Positions 1 through 9,913 of a DNA stretch of 38,688 nucleotides are shown piece after piece. The stretch is taken from assembly GCA_044220955.1 (NCBI GenBank), contig JBGAQA010000018.1, positions 53,391 through 92,078 of the forward strand, written 5' to 3'. The position numbers and the translations under genes are program-made. The notes beneath the pieces are model-generated. The model worked only from the letters and a program-made list of their open reading frames with translations, searched no databases and was not told where the DNA came from. The stretch's first letter is position 1, and every line of letters begins with the position of its first letter. This stretch comes from Sandaracinaceae bacterium (GTDB lineage: Bacteria > Myxococcota_A > Polyangia > Polyangiales > Sandaracinaceae).

Positions 1-488
1 GTTTCGGCCCGTCGGGGCGGGCCGCGGTGGGGGGGGGGTCCCCCCCCCCCCCCGCGCGGCCCGGGCCCCCGCGCGGGGGCCGCGCGCCCCACGCCGCCGG
101 GGACGAGAGGGAAGCCCGCCGGCCAGTCGGGCGGCGCGGCGGTCGGCGCCGCGCTCGCGATCGAGCCGAGCAGCGCCATCGCGAGCCCGGGCCCTGCGCA
201 CTGGCGGACGGCGCTGCAGCTCGGCTGTCCCGCGCACGCGAGCTCGGTCCGATCGAGCGTCGCGTAGACGCCGCCGGGCGCGCAGCTCGCGGCGCAGTCG
301 GGCGCGCTCGGCGGGCGTCCCTCGTCGCGATCGCAGCCGGCGATGCGCTCGCAGAGACCCAGGCACGCCGGATCCACCAGAGGCGCCGTGCTCGCCGGGA
401 CCTCGCGGCTGGGCGGCTCGGGCGCTCCCGCACCCAGGCTGCAGCACCCGCCCGAGAGCGCCATCGCGATGAGCCCGCTCGCCCGCAC
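1..488 (-). CDS. Partial putative lipoprotein with Cys-rich helical domain (runs off the window; absent from the ORF track)
   Basis: Manual translation from GTG 488: VRASGLIAMALSGGCCSLGAG...CLGLCERIAGC...CAASC...PPDWPAGFPLVPGG. Lipobox-like SGGC; TATCCT lies 6 nt upstream. Bases 1-~100 look low quality. Confidence 0.65.
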   Translation of the reverse strand, partial: MRASGLIAMALSGGCCSLGAGAPEPPSREVPASTAPLVDPACLGLCERIAGCDRDEGRPPSAPDCAASCAPGGVYATLDRTELACAGQPSCSAVRQCAGPGLAMALLGSIASAAPTAAPPDWPAGFPLVPGGVGRAAPARGPGPRGGGGGPPPHRGPPRRAE

Positions 489-555
489 GCGCGGAGGATA
501 GCGCAGCCCGCGCGCGGCTCTTCCACGGCGCGCGAAAAACCGCTATGGGACGCGG

Positions 556-876
556 ATGCTGGAGAAGAAAGACCTCGTCGTCGGTCAGGGTGCGGAGGCC
601 GTCGCCAGGAAGCGCGTCGTCGTGCACTACACCGGCACGCTCACCAACGGCTCGAAGTTCGACTCGTCGCGCGACCGCGACGATCCCTTCGAGTTCGTCC
701 TCGGCGCCGGCCAGGTCATCCAGGGCTGGGACCAGGGCATCGTCGGGATGAAGGTCGGTGGCCGTCGGATCCTGACGATCCCGCCCGAGATGGCCTACGG
801 CGCGCGCGGCTACGCGCCGGTCATCCCGCCGAACTCGACGCTCGTGTTCGACGTCGAGCTGCTCGACGTCCGGTAG
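556..876 (+). CDS. FKBP-type peptidyl-prolyl cis-trans isomerase (single domain)
   Basis: [32 protein letters not shown] and [14 protein letters not shown] are classic FKBP motifs. Confidence 0.97.
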   Translation: MLEKKDLVVGQGAEAVARKRVVVHYTGTLTNGSKFDSSRDRDDPFEFVLGAGQVIQGWDQGIVGMKVGGRRILTIPPEMAYGARGYAPVIPPNSTLVFDVELLDVR

Positions 877-881
877 ACGCG

Positions 882-2294
882 ATGAGCTGGTGGACGATCG
901 CGACGATCGCGGAGGTCGCGTGGATCGTCGTCATGGCGCTCGGGATCATCCTCGAGCGCCGCTCGCCCGTCGCGACGGTCGCGTGGATCTTCCTGCTCGC
1001 GTGGCTGCCGCTGCTCGGCGTCGCGGTGTACTTCTTCCTCGGCCCCCGCCGCCTCAAGCGCCGCAAGCTGCGGCGGGCGGCGGGATCGAAGCTCCTCGAG
1101 CACGCGGTGAGCGCGATGCAAGAGGACTCCGAGCATCCGATCGCGCGCGCGCAGCTGGCCCGGCTCGTGGTCGGCGCCGGCGAGGCGCCGCCGCTGCGGG
1201 CGGCGGCCGTCGATCTCTACCTCGACGGCAAGGACGCTTACGCCGCCCTCTTCGACGCGATCGAGCGCGCGCAGCACCACGTGCACGTCGAGTACTACAT
1301 CTTCGAGCCCGGCAAGGTCGGCGACGCGCTCCGGGATCGGCTCACGTCGGCCGCGCAGCGCGGCGTGGAGGTGCGCCTCCTGATCGACTGGCTCGGCTCG
1401 CATGGCCTGCGCGCGCGCTACTTCGCGGCGCTCGTCGCGGCCGGCGGCGAGCTCGCGTGGTTCAACCCCGTCGCAGGTCGTCGCTTCGGGCCGCGGCTGA
1501 CGAACTTCCGGAGTCACCGCAAGATCGTGGTCGTCGACTCCCAGGTGGGCTTCACGGGCGGCATGAACGTCGCCGACTGTCACAGCAGCGCGACCGACGA
1601 GAAGCACTGGCGCGACACGCACGTCCGCGTCGAGGGCGGCGCCGTGCGCGCGCTCGCACGGATCTTCCTCGAGGACTGGTTCTTCGCCACCGAGGCACTG
1701 CCCTCGAACAGCGAGCGCTACCTCGCGCCGATGACCCGCGAGGGCGACCACTTCGTCCAGTTCGTCGCCTCGGGCCCCGACCAGGTGTCGTTCGCGATCC
1801 AGAAGCTCTACTTCGGCGCGATCACGTCGGCGCGCGAGCGCGTCTGGCTCGAGACGCCCTACTTCGTGCCGGACGAGGCCATCAGCCTGGCGCTCGTGTC
1901 CGCGGCGCTCCGGGGCGTGGACGTACGCCTGATCGTCCCGGAGCGCGGCGACAACCGGATCGTGGATCTGGCCGCGCGCTCCTACTTCCCCGAGCTCTTG
2001 CGCGTGGGCGTGCAGATCCTCGAGTACACGCCGCGCTTCCTGCATGCCAAGACGTGCGTGATCGACGACGACCTCTCGATCATCGGCAGCGCGAACCTCG
2101 ACAACCGCAGCTTCCAGCTGAACTTCGAGGTCGTCGCGGCGGTCTACGGTGAGAAGACCAACCGGGAGCTCGCCGCCGCCTTCACCGACGACCTCGCGGG
2201 CGCGCGGCCCGTGAGGAACAAGGAGCTGCGGCGCGAGCCGTTCGGGCGGCGCGCGGCCGAGGCCGTGGCCCGCCTGCTCTCGCCCATGCTCTGA
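882..2294 (+). CDS. cls: Cardiolipin synthase (PLD superfamily)
   Basis: ATG 882 (MSWWTIAT), two N-terminal TM helices and two HKD motifs (HRKIVVVD, HAKTCVIDD...GSANLD). Confidence 0.95.
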   Translation: MSWWTIATIAEVAWIVVMALGIILERRSPVATVAWIFLLAWLPLLGVAVYFFLGPRRLKRRKLRRAAGSKLLEHAVSAMQEDSEHPIARAQLARLVVGAGEAPPLRAAAVDLYLDGKDAYAALFDAIERAQHHVHVEYYIFEPGKVGDALRDRLTSAAQRGVEVRLLIDWLGSHGLRARYFAALVAAGGELAWFNPVAGRRFGPRLTNFRSHRKIVVVDSQVGFTGGMNVADCHSSATDEKHWRDTHVRVEGGAVRALARIFLEDWFFATEALPSNSERYLAPMTREGDHFVQFVASGPDQVSFAIQKLYFGAITSARERVWLETPYFVPDEAISLALVSAALRGVDVRLIVPERGDNRIVDLAARSYFPELLRVGVQILEYTPRFLHAKTCVIDDDLSIIGSANLDNRSFQLNFEVVAAVYGEKTNRELAAAFTDDLAGARPVRNKELRREPFGRRAAEAVARLLSPML

Positions 2295-2316
2295 GCGAGC
2301 GGGGGCTCGGTCGATC

Positions 2317-4296
2317 TCAGGCCGCGCGCACGAGCTCGGACACGAGCCCGAAGTAGATCGCGCGCGAGACGTCGTCCTTCGGAACGCGCGCGGTGCGCTG
2401 CGCGGCGTCGCGCCAGCGCTCGATCGATCGCGGCCCGCGCACCGCCGAGAACGTTCGCTCCCAGGACTCGGGGACGGCGTAGGCGCCGAGGGGGAGGATC
2501 GGGCGCTCGGCCGGCAAGAGCACCGACTGGCCGAGGCTCCCGAGCGCGCCTTCGATGGTCGGCAGGCCCGTCGCGATGACGCCGTCGCGCACGAGCTCGA
2601 GGCCGCCGAGCTCGATCGGGTACGACTCTTCCTCGCTGCGCGCGTTGGGGACGAACGCCCAGCGTCCACGCTCCCAGCGGAGCGCCTCGAGGTAGCGCTC
2701 GCGGACCTGGCCGCGTACCGCCACGAAGAGCTGCGCGGGCCGGAGCACGCCGAGGCTCACGAGCGCGTCGCCGAGGCGGCCGCCGTGGCGCGGCAGCACG
2801 GCGAGCGCCATGTCGACCTCCATGCGCATGCAGGTCCCGTTGCGCACGAGGTACTCGCCGAGCAGCTCCTCGCGCATCGTCGACGACGCGAACTCGGGCT
2901 TGCCGTCCACGAAGTAGATCTTCTTCCTCTTCGCGCTCCCGTCCGGGCGCTCCTCGTCGAGCCGCAGCATGCCCGTGCGGCGCTTGGCGACGATCCGGTT
3001 CACGAGCGCGAGCACGGTGCCCGGCTCGACCGTCCCCATGGTCGCGTGCGCGAGCTCGGACTCTTCCCAGCGGCGCGCGGGCGAGCGCAGGTAGCGATCG
3101 AGCTCGGGCGCCGCGAGCGCGTCCTCTCCCTCGCGGCGCACCTCGAGCCCCGGCTTGATCTCGCCGCCCATGATCTTGCGGACGATGTCGGCGAACGTGT
3201 AAGGGCCCGCGAGCACGCCGTCCGGGCCGGCGATCTCGTACTTCGTCGGATCGTCGCCGGAGAGCTTCGCGAGGAGCTCGTCGCTGCCCGCCTGGCGTGG
3301 GGCACGGTTGTTCGTGTCCACGATCCCCGTCGGGCGGGCGACCGCGTCGCGCGCGGGCACGTCGGGATCGACCGGCGCGAGCTCGAGGCGCTCGAGGAGC
3401 CGCGCGAGCTCCGCGCGGCCGCGGCCGAAGAGGCGGCGCCTCTGCGCCAGCGCCGCGAGCGCGAACGCGAACGTGCGCGCGTCGGGGCGATCGGCAGGCT
3501 TGCGCCCCAGCGCGTGCACGAGCACCTCGCGCAGGTCGGCCGGCACGCGCACCGGATCGGCGCCCATCAGGAGCGAGAGATCGGCGTTGCGGATCCGGAC
3601 GAGGATCTCGAGGTCGGTGCCGGATCCGAAGAGCGGCTCGCCGAGGCGCATCTCCGCGAGCACGGTCGCGAGCGTGAACACGTCGCTGCGCCCGTCGACC
3701 GGCTGACCGGTGACCTGCTCCGGCGACATGTAGCCGAGCTTGCCGCGCACGTGTCCCTCGTCCGTGCGGTGCGCGGCCTCGGAGAAGCGGGCGATCCCGA
3801 AGTCGGCGACCTTCACCTCGCCGCGTCGCGTGAGCAGTAGATTCGCAGGAGAGACGTCGCGGTGCACGACGCCCAGGCGCTTGTCGTCCTCGTCGCGCAG
3901 GTCGTGGGCGTACGCGAGCGCGCTCGCAGCCTCGGCACCGATCTCGAGCAGGGCGCCGAGCGGAACGCGCTCGCCGGCGGCCGTGGCCGCGCGGATCAGC
4001 CGCCCGACGTTCGTGCCATCGACGTACTCCATCGCGATGTAGAGCGTGCCGCCGATCTCGCCGAAGTCGTGCACGCTGACGATCGAGGGGTGCTCGAGCC
4101 GCGCGGCGAGGCGCGCCTCGTCGACGAACATCTCGATGAAGTCGTCGTCGCTCGCGTGCTGCGGCAGGATGCACTTGACCGCCACGCGACGCGACCAGCC
4201 CGAGGGTCCGATGCGCCGCGCTTCGTACACCTCGGCCATGCCGCCGGTGGCGACACGACGCAGGAGTCGATAGGGGCCCAGCGTGCGTTCTCGCAT
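2317..4296 (-). CDS. Ser/Thr protein kinase with GYF_2-like and DUF4388/MshEN-like C-terminal domains
   Basis: GGMAEV, VAVK, HRDVSPAN, DFG, GKLGYMSPE; GPYTFADIVRKIMGGEI (GYF_2-like); RRTGMLRL..KIYFVDGKP..RLGDALVSLG (DUF4388-like). No TM segment. Confidence 0.9.
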   Translation of the reverse strand: MRERTLGPYRLLRRVATGGMAEVYEARRIGPSGWSRRVAVKCILPQHASDDDFIEMFVDEARLAARLEHPSIVSVHDFGEIGGTLYIAMEYVDGTNVGRLIRAATAAGERVPLGALLEIGAEAASALAYAHDLRDEDDKRLGVVHRDVSPANLLLTRRGEVKVADFGIARFSEAAHRTDEGHVRGKLGYMSPEQVTGQPVDGRSDVFTLATVLAEMRLGEPLFGSGTDLEILVRIRNADLSLLMGADPVRVPADLREVLVHALGRKPADRPDARTFAFALAALAQRRRLFGRGRAELARLLERLELAPVDPDVPARDAVARPTGIVDTNNRAPRQAGSDELLAKLSGDDPTKYEIAGPDGVLAGPYTFADIVRKIMGGEIKPGLEVRREGEDALAAPELDRYLRSPARRWEESELAHATMGTVEPGTVLALVNRIVAKRRTGMLRLDEERPDGSAKRKKIYFVDGKPEFASSTMREELLGEYLVRNGTCMRMEVDMALAVLPRHGGRLGDALVSLGVLRPAQLFVAVRGQVRERYLEALRWERGRWAFVPNARSEEESYPIELGGLELVRDGVIATGLPTIEGALGSLGQSVLLPAERPILPLGAYAVPESWERTFSAVRGPRSIERWRDAAQRTARVPKDDVSRAIYFGLVSELVRAA

Positions 4297-4495
4297 GACG
4301 TACGTTGCACCTCGCAGCGAGCGACCAGCGCGAAGCAGCAGACGAAGACTCGAACCAGTATGCGAGAGCGACGACGGCGGGGAAGGGAGAAACACCTCTC
4401 GCAGGATCAATTCCCGGAGCGAGCTTCAAGTTTTCACCTCGCGTGTGTGCCCCTGGATCACCTGCGCCGAAGGTCTCCGCGCGTCGCGCACAAGG

Positions 4496-5917
4496 TCAGA
4501 AGGTTCCGTCCAGCACCACCCCGGTCGGGCCGAGCCGCAGCGTGGCGTGCGCCGCCGCGTCGATGGCATCGGAGGAGGGCGCGCTGATCCAGAGTGCGAG
4601 CCCCGTCCCGCCGACGGCCGCGCCGAGCACGGTCAAGCCGAGCGAGAGCCCACGGAGGGTGTTCTGCGTGTCGGCCGAGGCACGGAGCGCCGCGCCCTGA
4701 GCGGCGAGCGCATCGCACCTCGGCCCGATCGGCATGCACATCGCAGCGATCTCGGCGTTCAGCCGGACGACCGCGGCGTCGGTCGACGCGATCTCCGACT
4801 CGTTCCAGATCAAGAGCGGGACACCGACCGCGAGCAGCACGAGCCCGCTCACCGTGAGGGCGACGCCCGCGGTGCGCTGGGTCTCGGCGCTCCCCACGCG
4901 TGACGCCCGCTCCGCCGGCGTCCACGTCAGCGGCGGCGCGAGGTGCAGCGGGCGGTCCTGCTCGAGCGTGATGTCGCTCGCCCACGGCTCGCGCTCGGTG
5001 ACCTCCACCGTGAGCCGGTGCGGCCCGATGCGGACACGGACGCTCGTACCGACCACCGGCTCGCCGTCGACGCGGACGAGCGCGGGAGCGTCGGGCAGCG
5101 AGAGTTCGAGCGGGCTCAGCGTCTCGGCGGGCGCGTCGGGATCCGGCGCGACCGCGAGCGTGACCTCGACCTCCGCGCCCTCGTCGACGTGGACGCGTCG
5201 CGCATCGGCGAGGTATCCGGCGCGCGTGCCCGTCACGTCGTGATCGCCCGCGGGCACGGGGAACGTGGCGCCGAGCGGCGTCGTGCCGACCTCGCGCCCG
5301 TCGAGGCGCACGGTGACGCCGGGGAGGGTGGACGCGATGCGCAGCGTGCCGCGCGGCTCTACCTCGCGCCGCAGCTCGACCGCGAGGCTCGCGTCGACCG
5401 TGCCCGCGATCGACACGTCGCGCGTGACGCCGAGGTAGCCGGGCGCGCGTACCCCGATCGCGTGGCTGCCGCTGCCGAGCTCGAGCGGCTCGGAGAGCGG
5501 GGTCGTCGCGACGTCGATCCCGTCGACGCTGACGACCGCGCCCGCCACGTTGCTCTCGACGCGCAGGTGGCCGATGCGCTCGCGCTGCGTCTCGAGCGCG
5601 CGCTCGACCTCCGCGCGCCGCGCCGCGGGAAGCGTGCCCCCGCCCTCGCTCAGGTAGCGCGCGTACGCGTGGGCCGCTTCCACCGGGTGACCGAGCTCCG
5701 CGTGGACGCGCGCGAGGTTGTAGAGGACTGGCGGCGCTGGCGCGATGTCGTACGCGCGCTGGAACTCCGCGAGCGCGGCGTCGTAGCGCCCCTCGTTGAA
5801 GAGATCCGTGCCGCGCTGGAAGTGCGCGCTCGCGTCGGTGCGCGGATCCGTCTGCGCGGCCGCGAGCGAGGTCACGCGGAGGAGCGACACGAACACCACC
5901 ATGGCGAGCATCCGCAT
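4496..5917 (-). CDS. Secreted TPR + PEGA domain protein
   Basis: Signal peptide, TPR (ALAEFQRAY..VLYNLAR), about three PEGA repeats (VSVDG..TTPL), C-terminal hydrophobic segments ending GVVLDGTF. ATG overlaps the upstream stop (TGATG). Confidence 0.85.
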   Translation of the reverse strand: MRMLAMVVFVSLLRVTSLAAAQTDPRTDASAHFQRGTDLFNEGRYDAALAEFQRAYDIAPAPPVLYNLARVHAELGHPVEAAHAYARYLSEGGGTLPAARRAEVERALETQRERIGHLRVESNVAGAVVSVDGIDVATTPLSEPLELGSGSHAIGVRAPGYLGVTRDVSIAGTVDASLAVELRREVEPRGTLRIASTLPGVTVRLDGREVGTTPLGATFPVPAGDHDVTGTRAGYLADARRVHVDEGAEVEVTLAVAPDPDAPAETLSPLELSLPDAPALVRVDGEPVVGTSVRVRIGPHRLTVEVTEREPWASDITLEQDRPLHLAPPLTWTPAERASRVGSAETQRTAGVALTVSGLVLLAVGVPLLIWNESEIASTDAAVVRLNAEIAAMCMPIGPRCDALAAQGAALRASADTQNTLRGLSLGLTVLGAAVGGTGLALWISAPSSDAIDAAAHATLRLGPTGVVLDGTF

Positions 5918-7338
5918 CACGGGCCGTAGGGGTTGGCCTCGAGGCCGGCGGCCTCGGCGGGCGTCTGCCGGACGCGCGTCCGCGGCGGTGCGTGCGTGTC
6001 CGACTCCGGCTCCGGCGCGGGAGCGACGACGGACGCGGGCGCCGTGCCGGCGTCGAGCGCCGCGCTCGCGGTGAGGGGCGCGCCGGCCGGGCCCTCGGGG
6101 GCGGCGACCGTCGCGGCGGGTGCGGGTGCCGTCGCCGACGCCGACGGCGGCCGAGCTTCCGGCGCCGTTCCCGCGCCTCGCGACGCCGAGATGGCGACCG
6201 TGAGCGCCACCGTCAGCACGATCGCGACGCCGAGCACGATCGCGCCGTTCGGCCGCGCCCGCGCCCCGCTCTCCACCGAGCGCGAGGCCGCGGCGTCCGG
6301 CGGCGGCCCGGAAAGACCGCTCGCCGGCGGCACCGAGGGGTCGCTCGAGCGCCGCTCCTCCACCTTCGGCACGCGTGGCGGCAGGGGCAGCGGGTGATCG
6401 CTGGTGAGCTCCGCGCGCGCGCCGTCGGAGATCGTCTTGGCGCGCGCGGCGGGCTCGTTCGTCGCGAAGGGCAGGAGCTCGCGCCGGAGCTGCTCGGCGC
6501 TCTCGAAGCGGTCCCGCGGATCGGGCCGCAGCGCTCGATCGATCACCGCCGCGAACGCCGGGTCCACGTCGGGGCGCCGCGTGCCGATCGGCGGGTACAT
6601 GCCCGCGCCGATCAGCATCATCACCTCGCCGACCGTGCTCCCGGCGAAGGGCAGCTTCCCGGTGAGCGCCTCGTAGGCCATCACGCCGATCGCCCAGACG
6701 TCGGCGCGCGCGTCGATCTCCTTCCCGGCGGCCTGCTCGGGAGCCATGTAGAACGGCGTGCCGAGCACCGTGCCTTCGCGCGTGAGGCGCGTGGCGGTCT
6801 CCGTGAGGCCGTCGGCGAAGCGCGAGATCCCGAAGTCGAGGATCTTGACCCGGTCGATTCCGTCGTCGCCGACGAGGAACACGTTCTCCGGCTTGAGGTC
6901 GCGATGGACGATGCCCGCCGCGTGCGCGACCGTCATGCCCTCGGCGACCTGGGCCATGATGTTGGCGACGCGGCGCTGCGGCAGGCGCGGATCGAGCTCG
7001 AGCACGTCGTGGAGCGAGCGACCGGCGAGCAGCTCCATCAGCACGTACGCCGAGCCGTCCTCCAGCCTGCCCGCGTCGAGCGTCTCGGCGACGAAGGGGG
7101 TCTTCAGCCGGCCGGCGATGCTCGCCTCGCGCAGCAGCCGTTCCACGTAGCGCGGCTGTCGCGCCAGCTCCGGGCGGACGATCTTCAGGGCGCGCCGGTG
7201 GTGGGTGAGCAAGTGCTCGACCTCGTAGACGTCGCCCATGCCGCCGCCGCCCAGGTGGCGCAGCACGCGCAGCTTCCCGAGGAGCACCTGCCCGACGCGA
7301 TCGGGGAGCTCTGCCGAGGGCACGGCCGATTTTATCAC
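5917..7338 (-). CDS. Membrane-anchored Ser/Thr protein kinase
   Basis: GGGMGDV, RALK, HRDLKPEN, DFG, GTPFYMAPE; one TM helix (IVLGVAIVLTVALTVAI); Pro/Ala-rich tail ending NPYGP. GTG 7338 overlaps the upstream TGA. Confidence 0.92.
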   Translation of the reverse strand: MIKSAVPSAELPDRVGQVLLGKLRVLRHLGGGGMGDVYEVEHLLTHHRRALKIVRPELARQPRYVERLLREASIAGRLKTPFVAETLDAGRLEDGSAYVLMELLAGRSLHDVLELDPRLPQRRVANIMAQVAEGMTVAHAAGIVHRDLKPENVFLVGDDGIDRVKILDFGISRFADGLTETATRLTREGTVLGTPFYMAPEQAAGKEIDARADVWAIGVMAYEALTGKLPFAGSTVGEVMMLIGAGMYPPIGTRRPDVDPAFAAVIDRALRPDPRDRFESAEQLRRELLPFATNEPAARAKTISDGARAELTSDHPLPLPPRVPKVEERRSSDPSVPPASGLSGPPPDAAASRSVESGARARPNGAIVLGVAIVLTVALTVAISASRGAGTAPEARPPSASATAPAPAATVAAPEGPAGAPLTASAALDAGTAPASVVAPAPEPESDTHAPPRTRVRQTPAEAAGLEANPYGP

Positions 7339-9347
7339 GCCGGCCGTCGCGTGGACCCGGTCGTGGGGCTCTCGAACGCGCGCGCCGCCCCGAGCTCGAC
7401 GAGCACGAGCACGTCGGCGAACTCGGCGTCCGTCTGCGCGACCTCGGCGATCGCGCGCGGCGCTCGGACGGCGTCGAGCAGGGACTCGAGCCGATCGGGC
7501 AGCGCGAGGTCGCCCGGGGTCCACTCGGGCACGCGCATGATCACGTCGCTTTCGCGGACCGCTCCACGGCCGGTCCCGAGGGCTCGCGTGAGGCCCGTCG
7601 CGAGCAGCTCCCAAGCGTCGAGCTGGAGCGGGAAGCCGCGCGACGGCCGCTCCGCCTGGCGATAGAGGGCGGCGCGCCCGCGGGTCCACTCGAAGACCTC
7701 GAGGAGCTTGTCGCGCTCGAGAGAGGCCATGTGCCCGAACAGATCGATCGGGTCGAGCAGTCCGAGGGCGACGAGCGTGTCGCCGAGACGGCCCTCGAAG
7801 CGCGGCATGGCCGCGAGCGCGACGTCGAGCTCGCCGCGCTCGATCACGCGCGACTCGACGAGGTGCTCGCCGAGCATCTCGCCCAGCCGGTTGGACGTGA
7901 CGAACGTCGGCGCGCCCCGCTCGACGAACACCTCTTTTCGCGTGGCGTCGCGCTCGCAGACGAGCAGGCCCGTCTCCCGGTCCAGCAAGAGGCCGGCGAG
8001 CACGCTCGCGACGCCCACCTCCGCGAGGTCCCAGCTCTCGCCCGTCCGGCCGAGCTTGGAGCTGCGCGGCGGCGGCGGGGGCTGCGTCGAGATGCGAGAC
8101 GAGGGTGGGAAGTGCGACGCGAGCTCCGGGAACGCAGCGATCGGCCGCTCGCTACCGCCACCGACCGACACCACGCTCGTGCGCTCCACCTCGCCCGTGT
8201 GTAGCGCCTGGACCAGGCGCGCATAGGGCCACGGACCGAGCGTGATCGACCCGCGTCGCACGGTGTAGAGGGTGCCGACGCCGGGACGTAGCGTCTCGCG
8301 CTCCCGGCGCTCTGCGCGCGGCTCGGGCTCCGTGGTGAGGGCTCCGGGTCTCGTGTCGGCCTCGACCGTGCGCGCGAGGCTGACGCGATCCGTGTCGGGC
8401 GCCGCGTCGAGCGCCCCGACGACCAGCGTGCCGAGAACGGCATGGTGTACGGCCGCGCTCCCCGGGACGAAGCGAGCGAGCGCCGCCTGGAGCACGGACG
8501 CGCTCGCCGTTCGCTGCTCCGGCACGCGCGCGAGCGCAGCCGTCAGCGTCGCGGCCAGCCCCTCGGGCCACGTGCCCGCCGCCGCGCGGATGGTGTCCAC
8601 GCGCGCGTCGCGGATCGCCAGGAGCACGTCGAGCTCGCTCCCCGCTGCGAAGAGCGCCTTGCCGGTGAGCAGCTCGGCGCCGATCGTGGCCGCGGCGAAC
8701 ACGTCCGAGCGCGCGTCGGCCACGCCGCCACCGACCTGCTCCGGCGCCAGGTAGCCGAGCTTGCCCTTGGCGGCCGTCGAGCGCGGGCCGACCGGCCTTC
8801 CGAGATCGCCCAGGGCGCGCGCGATCCCGAGATCCCCGAGCTTCACGTCGCCGTGCACGGAGATGAACACGTTCGACGGGCTCACGTCACGGTGCACGAT
8901 GCCCAGGGGCGCACCGCGCTCGTCCACGGCCGCATGCACGGCCGCCAGCCCCGCGCAGATCTGCGAGGCGACCCACGTCGCGAGCGGGACCGGAAGGCCG
9001 CGCTCCTCGCGCGCGAGCCAGCGCATCAGTCGGCGCAGGTCGACGCCGAAGACGTACTCGAGCACGAGGTAGGGGCACTCGCCGTCCGTGTCGTAGTCGA
9101 GCACCTCGACCACGTTCGGGTGCCGGACGCGCAGCCCGAGCTTGGCCTCGTGCTCGAACATCGCGCGCGCCTCCGCGTTCGCAGCGAGCGAAGGGAGCAT
9201 CCGCTTGATGACCACCGCGCGGTCGGCGCCGGCCGCTTGCCGGCGCAGCGCGCGGAACACCTCGGAGGTCGCCCCCGCGGCGATGCGCGTCGCGAGGCGA
9301 TAGGGCCCGATGTCGCGGCTCTCGACGTCGACGAAGGGCCCGCTCAC
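7335..9347 (-). CDS. Ser/Thr protein kinase with GYF_2-like and DUF4388-like domains (paralogue of 2317..4296)
   Basis: VVIK, HRDVSPSN, DLG, GKLGYLAPE; LGPWPYARLVQAL; RETGLLVC..KEVFVERGAP..RLGDTLVALG. GTGA overlap at 9344-9347. Confidence 0.88.
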   Translation of the reverse strand: MSGPFVDVESRDIGPYRLATRIAAGATSEVFRALRRQAAGADRAVVIKRMLPSLAANAEARAMFEHEAKLGLRVRHPNVVEVLDYDTDGECPYLVLEYVFGVDLRRLMRWLAREERGLPVPLATWVASQICAGLAAVHAAVDERGAPLGIVHRDVSPSNVFISVHGDVKLGDLGIARALGDLGRPVGPRSTAAKGKLGYLAPEQVGGGVADARSDVFAAATIGAELLTGKALFAAGSELDVLLAIRDARVDTIRAAAGTWPEGLAATLTAALARVPEQRTASASVLQAALARFVPGSAAVHHAVLGTLVVGALDAAPDTDRVSLARTVEADTRPGALTTEPEPRAERRERETLRPGVGTLYTVRRGSITLGPWPYARLVQALHTGEVERTSVVSVGGGSERPIAAFPELASHFPPSSRISTQPPPPPRSSKLGRTGESWDLAEVGVASVLAGLLLDRETGLLVCERDATRKEVFVERGAPTFVTSNRLGEMLGEHLVESRVIERGELDVALAAMPRFEGRLGDTLVALGLLDPIDLFGHMASLERDKLLEVFEWTRGRAALYRQAERPSRGFPLQLDAWELLATGLTRALGTGRGAVRESDVIMRVPEWTPGDLALPDRLESLLDAVRAPRAIAEVAQTDAEFADVLVLVELGAARAFESPTTGSTRRPA

Positions 9348-9913
9348 GGTCCTCCGTCGCCCGCGCCGGCGTCGGGCAGCTCGCAGAGGTTCGCGACGCA
9401 GCTGCGCGGCGCGACGCAGTCGCGATCCGCGATGCACTCGAGCCTGCAGCTCTGCTCGTGATCGCAGATCATCGGCGCGGGGCAGTCGCTGTCGTAGATG
9501 CAGGGCTCGACCGCGGTGTCGTAGCAGCCGAGCGTCCCGGCCACGTCCGTGGTGCACCGCGCGCTCGCGCTGCAGTCGCGGTCCTCGCGGCAGGGCGTCG
9601 TGCAGGTCCCGTTCTGGCAGACGAGCGACGCGTTCCGACACTCGCTCGTCAGGGTGCAGGTCGCTTCTTCCGCGAGCTGACAGCCACCGCCGAGGGAGGA
9701 GGCGCCGCTGACGATGCAGCGCAGCCCGGCGCCGCAGTCGCGCGAGGCGACGCACTGGCGCCGACACGCGCCGATCACGCAGACGAGAGGGTCGGCGCAG
9801 TCGCTGTTGATCTGGCACGCCTCGCCCAGGTTGACCGCCGGGCGCGCGCAGGCCAGCGGTGCCAGGAGGATCACGGTCGCCAGTCCGAGGAGCCCTCGCG
9901 TGCTCAGAGCCAT
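9344..9913 (-). CDS. Cys-rich repeat lipoprotein
   Basis: MALSTRGLLGLATVILLAPLAC lipobox followed by CxxxxDC repeats. This is the real part of ORF 9344..10939. Confidence 0.8.
   Translation of the reverse strand: MALSTRGLLGLATVILLAPLACARPAVNLGEACQINSDCADPLVCVIGACRRQCVASRDCGAGLRCIVSGASSLGGGCQLAEEATCTLTSECRNASLVCQNGTCTTPCREDRDCSASARCTTDVAGTLGCYDTAVEPCIYDSDCPAPMICDHEQSCRLECIADRDCVAPRSCVANLCELPDAGAGDGGP

Noticed and set aside
1..110. G/C homopolymer runs as a G-quadruplex or hairpin element
   Set aside because: At the sequence edge and unlike the local codon pattern; most likely low-quality consensus.
27..881. 285-aa N-terminal extension of cls in ORF 27..2294
   Set aside because: Arg/Ala-rich shadow frame overlapping the FKBP gene and the minus-strand lipoprotein; cls begins at ATG 882.
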